Shown here: piece by piece, positions 35,830 to 47,126 of the stretch
How the letters are laid out: each line of letters opens with the position of its first letter
Position numbering within the stretch: position 1 is the stretch's first letter
Source: Andalucia godoyi And28
Taxonomy: Eukaryota; Protista; Jakobida
DNA length: 248,000 nucleotides
Direction of reading: 5' to 3'
Assembly: GCA_009859145.1 (NCBI GenBank)
Contig: VRVR01000021.1
Span: 20,001-268,000 of the forward strand
Made by a program: the position numbers and the translations under genes
The notes under the pieces: generated by a model
Told to the model about the DNA's origin: nothing
The model's input: the letters and a program-made list of their open reading frames with translations, nothing else
The model's database searches: none

Positions 35830-36089
35830 TTTTCAATCCCTTTTGCACCATCTCGGTACTTTCCCCTCCTCTTCCTTCCTTCTTCTGTTTGTTAACAAGG
35901 AATCTGTGCAAGAAAAGCATCGATAAACATTCGCCCGAATGCACTCCCGGCAAGTAAGTTGAAGAAAGGCAGTGAATAGACGTGGCATTCTTTCATTCTT
36001 TCACTTTTTATTATTATTTGGCTGTTGTTTTTTTTTTTTTTTTTTTTTTTTTCGCTTTAAGAATCAACACAACAAAGACAAAACCTGAT

Positions 36090-37361
36090 CTATGCTCTGG
36101 GGCGAATTTGGTAAAACTCCAGCTCCTCGTCGGGCATGGGAGACAAGAGCTCCTTGACCAGCGACGGCGGAACGTCTTCGATTCGCGATGGGGAGTACTG
36201 CGGATCACCCTGCTTCTTCTTCAGCGTGCAAAGGGTGCCGTCTGCAAAGTCATCCCGTTCGACCATCCGAATTGCAGCGCGATACTCGAGAATCATGCAA
36301 GAAAATACATCGAGCTTCCTTCCTCGATGGAACGACTCGAAAAACAAACACTCTGAAGTGGGACATTTTGTTCGGATAGTGTCATAACACTGCTTTGCAA
36401 AGTCTGTTTTTTTCTTGAGCAAGTTGTCCAACACGTGGTGAATCGTTGCTCCCTTGAAGAGTTCTTGAACCTGCGCAAACGTCTTTTCGAACGCATCGAG
36501 ATCCTTTTGCTGCGGCCGCTGCGCAACCTTGGAAATGTTCTCTTCAATCCACGCTCGAACACACGCGTCGCTCTGGAAGTCATCTGAAATCAGGTTTTTC
36601 TTGAGATCGCCGAACTTTGCAGAAGGCACAAAGTGCGAGGCAATTCCATGCGTAAGGACCTCGATGCCCTTCAGCCGCACCGAGCAAAGCCCCAAATACA
36701 GCCCCAAGTTCCCTCGCAGTCTCGGCAGAAAATACGTGGCAGACACATCTGGCCAGAGACCAATCCCGGCCTCCGGCATCGCAAACAGCGTTGTCTCGTT
36801 GCAGATCTGAAACGTTGCATTCTTTGCAAGTCCGACCCCACCACCCATCCACACCCCCTGCACAAGCGCTACAAATGGCTTTGTGTACTCCGCAATGAGT
36901 CTGTCGAGATTGTACTCAGTTGCGAAAAACACTCTTGGAAACGAATATGCATTTGTGTTGCAGTCGTAGCGCGTCAGCAGCGGAGCATGCTCCATTTTTG
37001 CTTTTTCCTTTTCCAAGTGACATTCCGCAAGCGTCATGATGTCACCACCAGCACAAAAGCCCTTTCCCTCGCCCGTTACAAGCACAAACTTCACCGCCTC
37101 GTCGAACTGCGCACGCGCAACAAGAATTTGGATCAACTTAAGCATAGGCAGCGTCATTGCATTCAGCTTGGACGGTCGGTTCAGCGATATTTGCAAGCAC
37201 CCGTTCTTGTGAAGTTTTGACAAAATGCCCTCTTCATCGCGATCGTAGAAGGATCTCGACACCGGTCCTGACACATCCACCAAAGACAGCCCGTAGTCTC
37301 CACATATCTCTGGGAAAACCTGCTTGGAAAGAACGGCTAGACGATTCGTCGCATTCGCCAT
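36090..37361 (-). CDS. HIBCH: 3-hydroxyisobutyryl-CoA hydrolase
   Basis: LNRPSKLNA, FCAGGDI, WMGGGVGL, FAMPEAGIGLWPDV and CPTS motifs. Confidence 0.92.
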   Translation of the reverse strand: MANATNRLAVLSKQVFPEICGDYGLSLVDVSGPVSRSFYDRDEEGILSKLHKNGCLQISLNRPSKLNAMTLPMLKLIQILVARAQFDEAVKFVLVTGEGKGFCAGGDIMTLAECHLEKEKAKMEHAPLLTRYDCNTNAYSFPRVFFATEYNLDRLIAEYTKPFVALVQGVWMGGGVGLAKNATFQICNETTLFAMPEAGIGLWPDVSATYFLPRLRGNLGLYLGLCSVRLKGIEVLTHGIASHFVPSAKFGDLKKNLISDDFQSDACVRAWIEENISKVAQRPQQKDLDAFEKTFAQVQELFKGATIHHVLDNLLKKKTDFAKQCYDTIRTKCPTSECLFFESFHRGRKLDVFSCMILEYRAAIRMVERDDFADGTLCTLKKKQGDPQYSPSRIEDVPPSLVKELLSPMPDEELEFYQIRPRA

Positions 37362-38074
37362 GACTGGAATATAAAAAAACTGCTTCTAAATAGAAGGGAA
37401 AGAAAGTGAAATGAAATGATTTATAACAATATAAACAATTAAATATATAAATATAAATATAAATACAAGTTAAGGAGCGTTGCAGAATGAAACGTTTTCT
37501 CAATATGCAGTTTCAAAAAAATGCAGGACACGATCTAGCATCAAGCACAAAGCACAAAGCATCACTTTCCTTTTCCGCAAATGGAAATATTCCCCTGGAA
37601 AACGTGGAAAAACCTCCGGAATTGGTAAAACGACAAAGCTGACAGCATTTGATGTTGTGTCCGAGCAGTGTCCCGTGACAAGTTGAACGTGCATGGAACT
37701 GCTGTCACTGCACAGTGGACTTGTTTATCTCGATAGGGGCAATTTTGTCTGGATGTTCTGTTCGTCTGACGCATTCGAGTACAATGCAAATCGATGTTCA
37801 TCTTGAACCAAGTTTCCGAACAGCACGCTCGAAGCTGGGCCCTTCCGTTGGGCAGAAAGAACTTCAAGCCAGAGACGCAACGGGAAATGAGAGGCAGAAG
37901 GGGAGAAAGAAAAAAACCGTGCTCGACATCGAAAAGGAGGAGGTGCAAAGAAGAGACTGTCTTCTATTTTTTGGCGGAATCTGAAACAAACGATCGCAAC
38001 ACTTTTTTGGCTGAAGAAGAAAGAAGAACAGTGAAGAGCGGGGGGGAAAACAGAAAAGAAGAAAGAAATTCGCG

Positions 38075-39187
38075 ATGGCATCGGTTTTTAAGTACGACTA
38101 CACGGCAGCCACGAAAGGCGCCATCCAAAAGCTGTGGTACTGGTATGTCGTTGATCCCGTTCTGGAGGACACGATGAAACAACGAGCGGTGAATGTGGAA
38201 GACAACTCGGTGTTCACCAGCAGTAATCGCGTATCGGATGCGGTTCCGTGGCTGTGTCTGTGCCTGTTCTTTTGCTTCGTTAATTTCCTGTTTCGATTGC
38301 AAGCGAATCGTGCAGCTATCCGCATTGCGAAGCGGCGCAAGATACGGAGCGCCGATCAGAAAAAGTTTGCCGAGTGTGTGTACTATGTCGGGTACTATGT
38401 TGCCGTGTCCATCCTTGGACTTGTGGTGCTTGCACTGGATGGATGGTCTCCATTTCCCGCAAGCAACTTTTGGAATGGTTGGCCGATGCAGCCTTTTTCA
38501 CGAACATTCCGCACATACTACATGTGGGAGCTTGCGTTCTACATGACTGCCGTGCTCTTCACACTCTGCTTTGACGGGAAACGCTCGGATCGGACTGAGC
38601 TTGTGACGCATCATTTCGTCACGATTGCGCTCATCGCATCGTCGTTTTGGATGTACTTTTTCCGCGTGGGCCTCATGATCCTCATTATCCACAACGTCGG
38701 TGACATTTTCCTGTACGCAACCAAAGCTGTCTACTACTGGAATCATCGACAAGGGCTGCTGAAAGACATCATGTTTGGGTGCTTCGCAGCGTCCTTCTTC
38801 GTCACTCGTCTCGTGTTCTTCCCGCTGCACGTCCTGCCTTCGTGCTGGTTCGACGTATTAGAATTTGTCCCCGGAATCCACGTCATGATGAACGAACGCC
38901 TGTTCATCAATGTTTGCCTCTGGCTGCTCCAATCCCTGCACGTCTTTTGGTTTGCGATGATTGCTCGAATGGTCTATCGGTTGGCTGTGAAGGGCGAGGT
39001 AGAAAAGGATATTCGCAGCGATGACGAGGAAGATGCCGTTCCCGATCACGACAACTCCTCGGACCACTCGTCCAACGGATCCGGTACAGAGAGGGAAGTC
39101 TCGTGCTTCGCGCGCGGAAGCTCAAGTACACTCCATAAGCGACTCCAAACCCACTCGACGTTTAAGAAGACCCGCAAGCAGAACTAA
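38075..39187 (+). CDS. CERS: Ceramide synthase (LAG1/TLC domain)
   Basis: RSDRTELVTHHFVT, IIHNVGDIFL and LQSLHVFWF Lag1 motif. Confidence 0.9.
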   Translation: MASVFKYDYTAATKGAIQKLWYWYVVDPVLEDTMKQRAVNVEDNSVFTSSNRVSDAVPWLCLCLFFCFVNFLFRLQANRAAIRIAKRRKIRSADQKKFAECVYYVGYYVAVSILGLVVLALDGWSPFPASNFWNGWPMQPFSRTFRTYYMWELAFYMTAVLFTLCFDGKRSDRTELVTHHFVTIALIASSFWMYFFRVGLMILIIHNVGDIFLYATKAVYYWNHRQGLLKDIMFGCFAASFFVTRLVFFPLHVLPSCWFDVLEFVPGIHVMMNERLFINVCLWLLQSLHVFWFAMIARMVYRLAVKGEVEKDIRSDDEEDAVPDHDNSSDHSSNGSGTEREVSCFARGSSSTLHKRLQTHSTFKKTRKQN

Positions 39188-39506
39188 TAATAAAATAAAT
39201 TAAGAATAATGTATATATATATATATATATAAAAGGAGGCACACACCGAGACAGGAAGCCCCTCGTACATTCATGCAAAGTAAATAACGCTCCTTTTCCA
39301 TTCCGCTTTTCCTTGATTTGAGCAAGACTGAAAACTGTGAAAACCATGAAAGTCTGGAGTTGCGCGGTTGTAAGTCCAAATTCGATCTGGCTTTCGTTTT
39401 TTCCTTTCATTCATGCATTTCTGTTTCCGTTCATTTTTCATTTTGATTTTATTTCATGCTGTCGCAGAGTCAGCAAGCCATAGTTCGAAGCGGTGATTGA
39501 TCAGGT

Positions 39507-40553
39507 TTGTTTTGCGTCTGCCTTGTGATGTTTTCTCGCAAGACGCACACAGCCATTCCGTCTTCGGATGATGACGGAATCACGGAGGCAAGCTCAGGCC
39601 CAGGCTCGGGCTCGGGTGCCGCAAAACTCCACAGTTCACCAACGCTGCTTTCAAACTTGTTCTTTCCTGGACTGTATGTTTCGTTGTGGGTTGTCCAGAC
39701 GCTGCTTATCAAAAGCGCACAGGTGGCCGGTGCATATGCGTTTGATGTGTTTGCAATGACACTGCTGACAGAAGCAGTCAAGTTTGTTCTCACATTTTTG
39801 TACTTCTCGTTCTTTGAAGGCGAGGCTCCTTCTGTTTCAAACACAATCCGCACTCTACGATCTTCGTCACATATGGGCGTCAAGTACTGCATCCCCGCCT
39901 GCATTTACTCCGTCTACAATGTACTTGTCTTCGTGAATTTGCTCGCGTTCGACCCAGGCGTCTATCGAGTTCTCATCAACATCCGTGTCGTAACGTCGGG
40001 ACTCCTGTTTCAGTTCTTCTTTGGAAAGCAGCTGGGACAGCGAAAGTGGATTGCACTGCTCATTCTGACATTTGGATGTGCAATTGCAAAGTATGAATCG
40101 TTCTATCTGGATTCGGCTTGGCCGCTTGTTGTGCTCCTATTCCAAGCTGGACTCTCGTCGTTGGGAGGCGTGTCGAATGAGTTCCTGTTCAAAAATGAGC
40201 CGTCTGTCCATTTCGCTGTGCAGAACATGTGGCTGTATGGAATGGGAACTCTGTCGAATTTGATAACTGCAATGATCATCCGCGGTCCAGACTCGGTGCT
40301 CTCTGGTTCTCTCTTCAATGGGTTTGGCACCACCGCAGCGGTGATTGTCTTTTTCTCGGCACTCGGCGGATTCTCAACTTCGTTTTTGCTAAAGTTCATG
40401 TCCGTGATCGCAAAGGAATTCGCCAACGGCGTCGAAATGGTCTTCGTTGCTGTTGCATCGCATTTTCTTTTCGATACCCCGCTGCAGGCAAATCTTCTTG
40501 TGTCTATTGCCTGTGTCTGGATCGCCTTGTACACATTCAATACTGCGACGTGA
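39507..40553 (+). CDS. Nucleotide-sugar transporter (SLC35A family)
   Basis: TEAVKF, IPACIYSVYN, VNLLAFDPGVYRVL and QNMWLY; multiple TM helices. Confidence 0.85.
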   Translation: MFCVCLVMFSRKTHTAIPSSDDDGITEASSGPGSGSGAAKLHSSPTLLSNLFFPGLYVSLWVVQTLLIKSAQVAGAYAFDVFAMTLLTEAVKFVLTFLYFSFFEGEAPSVSNTIRTLRSSSHMGVKYCIPACIYSVYNVLVFVNLLAFDPGVYRVLINIRVVTSGLLFQFFFGKQLGQRKWIALLILTFGCAIAKYESFYLDSAWPLVVLLFQAGLSSLGGVSNEFLFKNEPSVHFAVQNMWLYGMGTLSNLITAMIIRGPDSVLSGSLFNGFGTTAAVIVFFSALGGFSTSFLLKFMSVIAKEFANGVEMVFVAVASHFLFDTPLQANLLVSIACVWIALYTFNTAT

Positions 40554-40692
40554 GTTCTGTGACTCGTTTCTCTTTTTATTATTTTCGTCATCATTCATCA
40601 TTCTGCTAAACAGGAAAAGAAGATAAACAATCAAGACAGAACGCATATTTTTTATTATTAGTACTACTAGAATTTTTTTGGGGGGATGCGTC

Positions 40693-40960
40693 AACGCCTA
40701 CATTGTACACTAACCACGGATAACCATCGCTGATCACCCATAATCAATGCTGCAACCCAACAACATGCATAATGCAACGCGGCGGCGTGTTTATAGGGAT
40801 TTCATGATCAAAATGGGGCGAAACGAATCGGGCATCGTGTGACGGAGGTGCTTAGATAGCAAACGCATGCGCATGGCGTGTGGCAGTGTTTTTTTGTTTT
40901 TACGTGCGCTTTAGATTGCTTCATCATATCGCAATTAGCGGCAGCGGTACAAACAGCAGC
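40693..40960 (+). repeat. Dispersed repeat family B, copy
   Basis: Matches 73428-73505 plus 73900-74080 and the reverse complement of 13658-13910. Confidence 0.85.
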
Positions 40961-41054
40961 ACTCAGCATACATCTAATATACACTTTGCTGGACGTTGGA
41001 TAAAGAAGACGAGACGGAGGGAAAAGATGTGGGAAGCGAGTGTGCTTTCGGTCT

Positions 41055-43067
41055 TCAGACTTTTCTCTTTGCAGTACCGATCTCACAGGCATTCACTTTG
41101 GCACCGAATCGAAGCGAGTTAATGGTCTCCGGGATGGAGCCCTCAGCAGGACTGACGCAAAGCATCATGAGCGACTTTGCGGAGCCGCCAAGAGAGTTCT
41201 GCAGAAGATGGGTGAGTTTCGAATTTCGATAGGGAACGTGCTTGTCCTTGTTGGCAAGAGCGTGGATGACATCGCCGAGGCACGAGAGAGATTTGTTGAT
41301 ATGCTGCGTCTCCTTCAGTCGTTCTCCTGTAGACCCGGAGGAGTTCAGGCGCTCGGAGCCGGCAAGATCAATCAGGTTGAGAAGACCATCGCGGTGCTCT
41401 CCGGTGATTGCATTGTCTCCGACGATGTGCAGCTGAAAGACAGAGTGCGAACGAGATGATCGTTCGTTGCACAGCGTTGCGGAAACAGTTCTGCTCTGAG
41501 AAGCCTTTTCCAACAGTCGGAACACATCGCTGGGCTGCATGACATCCTGGATCGACAGCCCCTCTACATAGACCGACCCAGTGCGTTCGTGACGAATGTC
41601 CATGTCGGCAGCCGTGGACGCCGGGACGAGCAAGTCGCGGATCGTCTCGTTGTAAATCTCCAAGTACGAGGCAGAAAACTTGAAGTTCCAGCCGCGGTCG
41701 CCAAGCGCTGCAGCGGTGGAAAACACCTGCGCAACCGACTGCGGGATCATTCCAGGATCTGCCGTGCTGCCTTCCATAGTATGAGTCTTTCCGGAGCCAG
41801 TTTGTCCATATGCAAAAATGCATACCTTGTACCCGTCCAATGCGGACTGCACCAGCTGAGAAATCTCTCGAAACACCTCTTGCTGCTTGCTGTCGGATCC
41901 GAAGACGCGGTCGAACTGGAAACTGTACTTCTTCAGTTCGGAACGCTGACCATCTGCGCTTTCGCGAGCAACACCATCAATTTCCATTGTGCGCGAATCG
42001 GTGCCATCAATCATGCGGAGTGCATCATGGGGAATTTCGGCCCCAAGGAACGGTCGGATCCGACAGAACACACGGACGTTTCCCTTCAGTTCTAGGATGG
42101 TGTTGTGAAGCTGCGAACGGATGGCTTCGTCTTCGTGTCGTCTCTTTTCCAGGAAGGCGATCTCGCCCTCACGATCCGCCAGTTTCTTTTCCAGTTCCGC
42201 AATCTTTGCAGCACGAGTGCTGTTCTCTGCTTCGGTGTTGGAGAGCTGGGTACGCAGCAAGGAAGTCTCCTGTCGAAGAGCTTCCGACTGCGAAGTGAGC
42301 GTTGCAATCTGGATCCTCAGTCCTTGCGCCTCCGCTCTGAGAACCTCATTATCTGCCGACGACTTTTTGAGCTGCTCATCGGTGTTTCTCAGCTCTCTTT
42401 GAGCACGATCGAGCTCGTCCATGAGCTGGTTTCGAACACGACGGATCTCGTCTTCAAAGTTGTTGCGCAGTCCTCGTGTTTCTGAATCGTGGCTCTCCCG
42501 CATCATCCTCATTTCCCGCATCACATTCTCAAAGCTGTTTTGCGTGTCTGAAAGCTGACTCTGCACTGCATGTGATGCCGATACTGCAACTTCCAAATCT
42601 GGAATCTTGGCTGCGAGCTCCTTCAGCGTCTTGATTTCTGCAAGCGCATCCTCCAAGCGGCCCTTCGTGTCCCATGCAGGGCGCTTTGCGGCTGGCGCAG
42701 CGGTCGGAATGCTCGACACCGCCACCACCTTCTTTTCCTCCTTGTCTACAGAAGCAGCCGAAACACTCCGTTTCATCGGAGGCTTTGCAGTGCCCGTCGT
42801 GCTGTTCGTGGTCGCTGACACAGCGGGAGTCGGCGTTTTCTTCACAATCACAGTCGTCCGCGTTGCCCCAACCGCAGTCTTTGGCCGTACCGTTGCAGCT
42901 TGCGGAGCCGTGTTCTCATCTGAACCCGCACCCAAACCAGCACTCGAAACCCCAACCGTGGACGCCGACTTGCCAAGAACTTGTGACGAGAAAATCTTGG
43001 GCTTTGGAAGCTTGGACTCAAGACCCTTGCTGTTCACACTCGACGCACTCAATGGACGAGCCGACAT
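41055..43067 (-). CDS. KIFC1: Kinesin-14 (C-terminal motor, KIFC1/Kar3-like)
   Basis: ELKGNVRVFCRIRP, YGQTGSGKT, SSRSH and DLAGSER, with the motor at the C-terminus. Confidence 0.93.
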   Translation of the reverse strand: MSARPLSASSVNSKGLESKLPKPKIFSSQVLGKSASTVGVSSAGLGAGSDENTAPQAATVRPKTAVGATRTTVIVKKTPTPAVSATTNSTTGTAKPPMKRSVSAASVDKEEKKVVAVSSIPTAAPAAKRPAWDTKGRLEDALAEIKTLKELAAKIPDLEVAVSASHAVQSQLSDTQNSFENVMREMRMMRESHDSETRGLRNNFEDEIRRVRNQLMDELDRAQRELRNTDEQLKKSSADNEVLRAEAQGLRIQIATLTSQSEALRQETSLLRTQLSNTEAENSTRAAKIAELEKKLADREGEIAFLEKRRHEDEAIRSQLHNTILELKGNVRVFCRIRPFLGAEIPHDALRMIDGTDSRTMEIDGVARESADGQRSELKKYSFQFDRVFGSDSKQQEVFREISQLVQSALDGYKVCIFAYGQTGSGKTHTMEGSTADPGMIPQSVAQVFSTAAALGDRGWNFKFSASYLEIYNETIRDLLVPASTAADMDIRHERTGSVYVEGLSIQDVMQPSDVFRLLEKASQSRTVSATLCNERSSRSHSVFQLHIVGDNAITGEHRDGLLNLIDLAGSERLNSSGSTGERLKETQHINKSLSCLGDVIHALANKDKHVPYRNSKLTHLLQNSLGGSAKSLMMLCVSPAEGSIPETINSLRFGAKVNACEIGTAKRKV

Positions 43068-43434
43068 GATTCTCTCGTAAGCAAACCAAAATCTTTAATT
43101 TTTTTCAAAGAATAACGAATTTAGTTTCAAAAGAAGATGATGATGCACAGGAACAGGAAGAGGAAGAGGAAGAAGCGGCGGGGATGGAATGAAAGAACAG
43201 TTACGCGTTTTTCGTTTTCGATTTTTTTGGGAAAAAAATATTTTAACGGTGTTATTGAGTCGCTTGAGGCATCCAGCATCGAGTCTCCCGAGTTGAAGCT
43301 ACGAGTCCTATTTCCAACAAGCGTTTTGGGAACTCCTGTCTCTCTTTTCCTTTTTTCTTTTTTTTCTTTTCTTTTTTTTCTTTTCTTTTTTTTTTGAGGG
43401 GAAGGGAGGCTAGGGGAGGGGAGGGGGTTCATAC

Positions 43435-44343
43435 TTGATGAATCGTGAGATCCAAAATATCCAATGGCTTGTGTCGGAGATCAAGCGGAGCCCGAGTCTG
43501 ATTGTTGATGAAGCCGAGAGGCAGTCATCATCGACTGCAAGCGTTTGTTCGGCTCCGATTTTGGTTCCGGTTCCGGATGTGGCGCGTCTAGCGACTACCG
43601 GAGAGAAGGTGAGTGCGGTGCAGTCGTTTGTGGATGGGCTGCAGTACAACTTCACGGGCCACGGGTTCTTCAACCTCGGGAAGAAACGCTCGGTTTCGCA
43701 TATCCTCATGGAAGGCAGAGCGATTGCAAAGGAGCAGCTTCCGATAAAGTGTCTCGAAGCTGTTTTTGTGTCGCTGTATTTGACCAGGGAGCTCGGAACA
43801 GAGATTGAACGGATTCCAGTTGCTTTCAAATCGAGAATGGATGGCCATGTCCATCGACACATTGTACTGGCTGTGGTCGACAAGGCTTCCAAGAAATGGG
43901 GTTCGCTGGGTCTCTCCAGACGCCCTGAACTGGGCTTCAAGCCACTTGCATTCGACTCGCTCTGGGCTCTGATCCTCGACTATGAAGCGTCGTATGCTGC
44001 GAACTTCCACACTCTCAGAAGATTCAAACTTGGTCTGCCCGTTCCGTTCGATACGTACTCCAAGGCACAGATTGTATGGAAGTATCTGACAGTTCCGCTG
44101 CATCCGTTGCGCGACGCAGACAGCTGCAGTACCCTACTCCACCGCGAGAATGTGTCGCAGATCTGCCAAGAGTACTGCAATCAGTATGCCGAGGCCGTCT
44201 CTCAGTACACATCTACAGGGATCGTCGACCGTGCGTGGACCAAAGAGCTGCAGCATCGGTTTGCCCTCAATCTGGAAGCTGAAATCAGCGATCAGGATCA
44301 AGACGACGCAGAAGATGCTCCAGAAGGAAGCTCCGCGCAATAA
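43435..44343 (+). CDS. VASH: Vasohibin (tubulin detyrosinase)
   Basis: LQYNFTG, LPIKCLEAV (catalytic Cys), HRHIVL, GSLGLSRR and LGLPVP. Confidence 0.9.
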   Translation: MMNREIQNIQWLVSEIKRSPSLIVDEAERQSSSTASVCSAPILVPVPDVARLATTGEKVSAVQSFVDGLQYNFTGHGFFNLGKKRSVSHILMEGRAIAKEQLPIKCLEAVFVSLYLTRELGTEIERIPVAFKSRMDGHVHRHIVLAVVDKASKKWGSLGLSRRPELGFKPLAFDSLWALILDYEASYAANFHTLRRFKLGLPVPFDTYSKAQIVWKYLTVPLHPLRDADSCSTLLHRENVSQICQEYCNQYAEAVSQYTSTGIVDRAWTKELQHRFALNLEAEISDQDQDDAEDAPEGSSAQ

Positions 44344-44735
44344 ACAAATCCTTCTACACTGTCTCGCAAACACCGTGCTGTATCATGCGGCACGCCTGGA
44401 TAGTGGACTACCCACAGACCCAGAAATCCAGAGGACGAACAAGAAACGTCATCATCATCATCACCAACGCACTGCTGCTGTAAGACCTTGTACGCGCAGT
44501 TCGTTCGAAGTTGTTTTCAGATCAGCGAAACTCGGTCAGCTCTGGATTTCATTATTCATTAATTGCGTTTCGTACTGTTTTTTATTTTATTTTATGCTCT
44601 TTTTTTTGTTTTTGTTTTGTTTTTGTAAATTCCTTTTTCTTACATATTTAATTGCTTCCCTCTGAATCCTTATTATAACCTGTCTTCGGTTTCTGTTGTT
44701 TCTGATCGATAAGGCTGTTAGACGGTGGGACAGGA

Positions 44736-45437
44736 ATGTCAGGAAGACAGCCACAGAAGCACGCAAAGCCGAAGAAACGCAATGTGCCCGAAGAAATCAA
44801 GTTTGATGCGGCGTCGCGAACTGCGTTTGTGAATGGATTTCGAAAGCGCAAGAACGAGCGTCGAGAAAAGGCGAAAGCGCAAGAAGACTGGAAAAAACAG
44901 CAAGAAGTTCGCGAGAAACGCAGGGAAAAGAGACAGAGCTTGAAAGAGCGTGCGGAGACGATTACTGTTGCGTTTGATGACGACGAGGATTCGAATGACG
45001 ACAAGCTGATGCAGAATTTGCAGTTTCCTACGGTCGAGGACGGCGATGACGACTCGTCGGACGAAGACGGTGTGACAAGTCTGAATATTCGAACAGACGT
45101 GGCCGAAGCTGGATCCGTCGAAGAACGCAGCAGGCATCACGAGAATGGCGATGTGAGTCGGACCGCGGACGAGGACGAGGATGGCGAGGATGCAGATACA
45201 AATTCTTCGTATTCAGAAGTTACGATTGACGCGATGCCGCTTGAAGACGAGTCGTTGAAACGAAGTAGAAAACCTATCCAAGTACTTGGTCGAGGACTGC
45301 AACAAGAGGAAGAGGAGGAGGAGGAGGAGGAAGAAAACAGACCGGCGAAAAAGATCAGGTCGACGGTTCGGCACACATTGTCGAAGCCAAGCAGGTATCT
45401 TCGCGCAATCAACGGCATGTTCAAGGGTGTATTGTAG
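44736..45437 (+). CDS. RRP17: Rrp17/NOL12 ribosome biogenesis factor
   Basis: EIKFDAASRTAFVNGFRKRKNERREKA signature. Confidence 0.8.
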   Translation: MSGRQPQKHAKPKKRNVPEEIKFDAASRTAFVNGFRKRKNERREKAKAQEDWKKQQEVREKRREKRQSLKERAETITVAFDDDEDSNDDKLMQNLQFPTVEDGDDDSSDEDGVTSLNIRTDVAEAGSVEERSRHHENGDVSRTADEDEDGEDADTNSSYSEVTIDAMPLEDESLKRSRKPIQVLGRGLQQEEEEEEEEEENRPAKKIRSTVRHTLSKPSRYLRAINGMFKGVL

Positions 45438-45593
45438 ACTATCAAACAAGAAAACGGCAACTTCAATAAACACACAGCAAAAATAGGTGTATATATCATT
45501 CATGCACACTGCAGAGAGCAAGACGTGTGGATTTTATCATGATCTACGTCGACAGAAGGCGGGGCATTCACACCAAAAATAAGAAAGGGAAAA

Positions 45594-47126
45594 TCACTCG
45601 GCCTGGTCAATGTCAATGTTGATGCTGCCTCCCTTGCGCTCCGACGCAGACCACGAAGAGAGCGCGTTCATGACGTCAATCCCGAAGGAAAAGTGCAAGT
45701 CTCCCTTGCGAGCCGCCGACAGGGACTTTGAAAATACCCCCAGCGATATAAGCCCAGACTTTCCGACATACCATGCAGAGCGCAGAGCCACGCCCTTTTC
45801 TGAATCGAAACGAGCAGCAATGTGGTGAAGCACACTGTCTTCGGGACCTTCTACAAGTGCGCCGCATGCGTACGAAGAACACAACACGGGATAGTCATAC
45901 AGAAACTTCGTACTCAAGGACACCTTGTAGGCGAACGGGATCGTCGAAACCATCGCGGCAGACATGGATCCCAGTGCAGAGCCGAACCAAGAGAAGGTGT
46001 ACTGCGAGTCGGCGACGCACTTTGCCCATTTCTGCAGCGCTGGTCTTTTGGGAACCCACAGCTTTGAAAGAAATGGCAAGGGCGGCGAAATAGTGGTTTG
46101 TGGAGAGGACGACCGAGGTCGCTGCTGGTCATGCTGCTGCTGCTGCTGCTGATGATGATGATGATCTGCAAAGTCGACGTGCGTGTGGTTTTGATGTACG
46201 CGTTGAGTCCCAGAAAGCGGAGCGAAGGGATATTCCATGCGATGCTTCCAGCGAGCTGCAGACACTCCATGGTCGGTAGAGTACACAAACCCGAGTCCAA
46301 GATTTGGATTTTCCGAAACCAGTGAGTAAAACGCCTCGCCACCAAACAAGACCTTGCCGACTCGGTGTGTCACATCCACTCCAACCGTCTTCTCAAACGA
46401 CGTGGCTCGTGCGGTGAGCTGCCATCTGGGTCGCTGGTACTGAACTGCGAAAACGGTTGTTGGGTCGTACGAATTCGGGGGCGATGGCACCAGCATCCGT
46501 ACTTCATCCACAATTTCCTCCGCAGCTGTTCCTTCTCTCATACGCAAATGATCTGCATCACGACGCGCAGAATGAACAATTGCAGGCAGCATGTCCATTC
46601 GGTGAAACTCTATTTTCCAGCGCGGATTCCGAGCCAGGTGCCAAGTCTGGACCGTGGATCCATCCGGCGAATACTGTGCACCAATGTCCAAAAACCCCTT
46701 GTCAAACACCGCATCCAGCGCAGTATAGTACAGCTTAAACGCATCCTTTTGCTTCTTTGGAACAGAATCTGCAGAAACATTCGCACGGACAAGAGACGAG
46801 ATCACGAGGTCTTCTGCACGCAGTGGCCACTGATGCGAAGTCACGGAATAGACCGACTCGCGATGCACTCCTATGGACGTGTTCGCCTGGCGCCACTGGA
46901 CGGAACACACCGGAGGCCGAAACGACGAGCGATTGTACTTGTCTAGCCGAGGCTTGGGTGGGATTCCAAATATGCGACTCGCGCCTTCGAGATCAAGAAC
47001 TTGGCGAGACCGCTCGTCAATATCAAAGAATCGCGGACACGGACCGGACTCTTGCATCTCACGCCACTCCCTGCCTCTCAAAAACGAACCTGCCTTTTTA
47101 CGTACCGGTATGGCACACCGACACAA
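45594..47126 (-). CDS. MDM10: Mitochondrial outer-membrane beta-barrel, Mdm10-like (ERMES)
   Basis: Amphipathic beta strands; GGEAFYS..SENPNLGLGF resembles the Mdm10 GGELYY motif; contains a Q/H-rich insertion. Confidence 0.55.
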   Translation of the reverse strand: MCRCAIPVRKKAGSFLRGREWREMQESGPCPRFFDIDERSRQVLDLEGASRIFGIPPKPRLDKYNRSSFRPPVCSVQWRQANTSIGVHRESVYSVTSHQWPLRAEDLVISSLVRANVSADSVPKKQKDAFKLYYTALDAVFDKGFLDIGAQYSPDGSTVQTWHLARNPRWKIEFHRMDMLPAIVHSARRDADHLRMREGTAAEEIVDEVRMLVPSPPNSYDPTTVFAVQYQRPRWQLTARATSFEKTVGVDVTHRVGKVLFGGEAFYSLVSENPNLGLGFVYSTDHGVSAARWKHRMEYPFAPLSGTQRVHQNHTHVDFADHHHHQQQQQQHDQQRPRSSSPQTTISPPLPFLSKLWVPKRPALQKWAKCVADSQYTFSWFGSALGSMSAAMVSTIPFAYKVSLSTKFLYDYPVLCSSYACGALVEGPEDSVLHHIAARFDSEKGVALRSAWYVGKSGLISLGVFSKSLSAARKGDLHFSFGIDVMNALSSWSASERKGGSINIDIDQAE

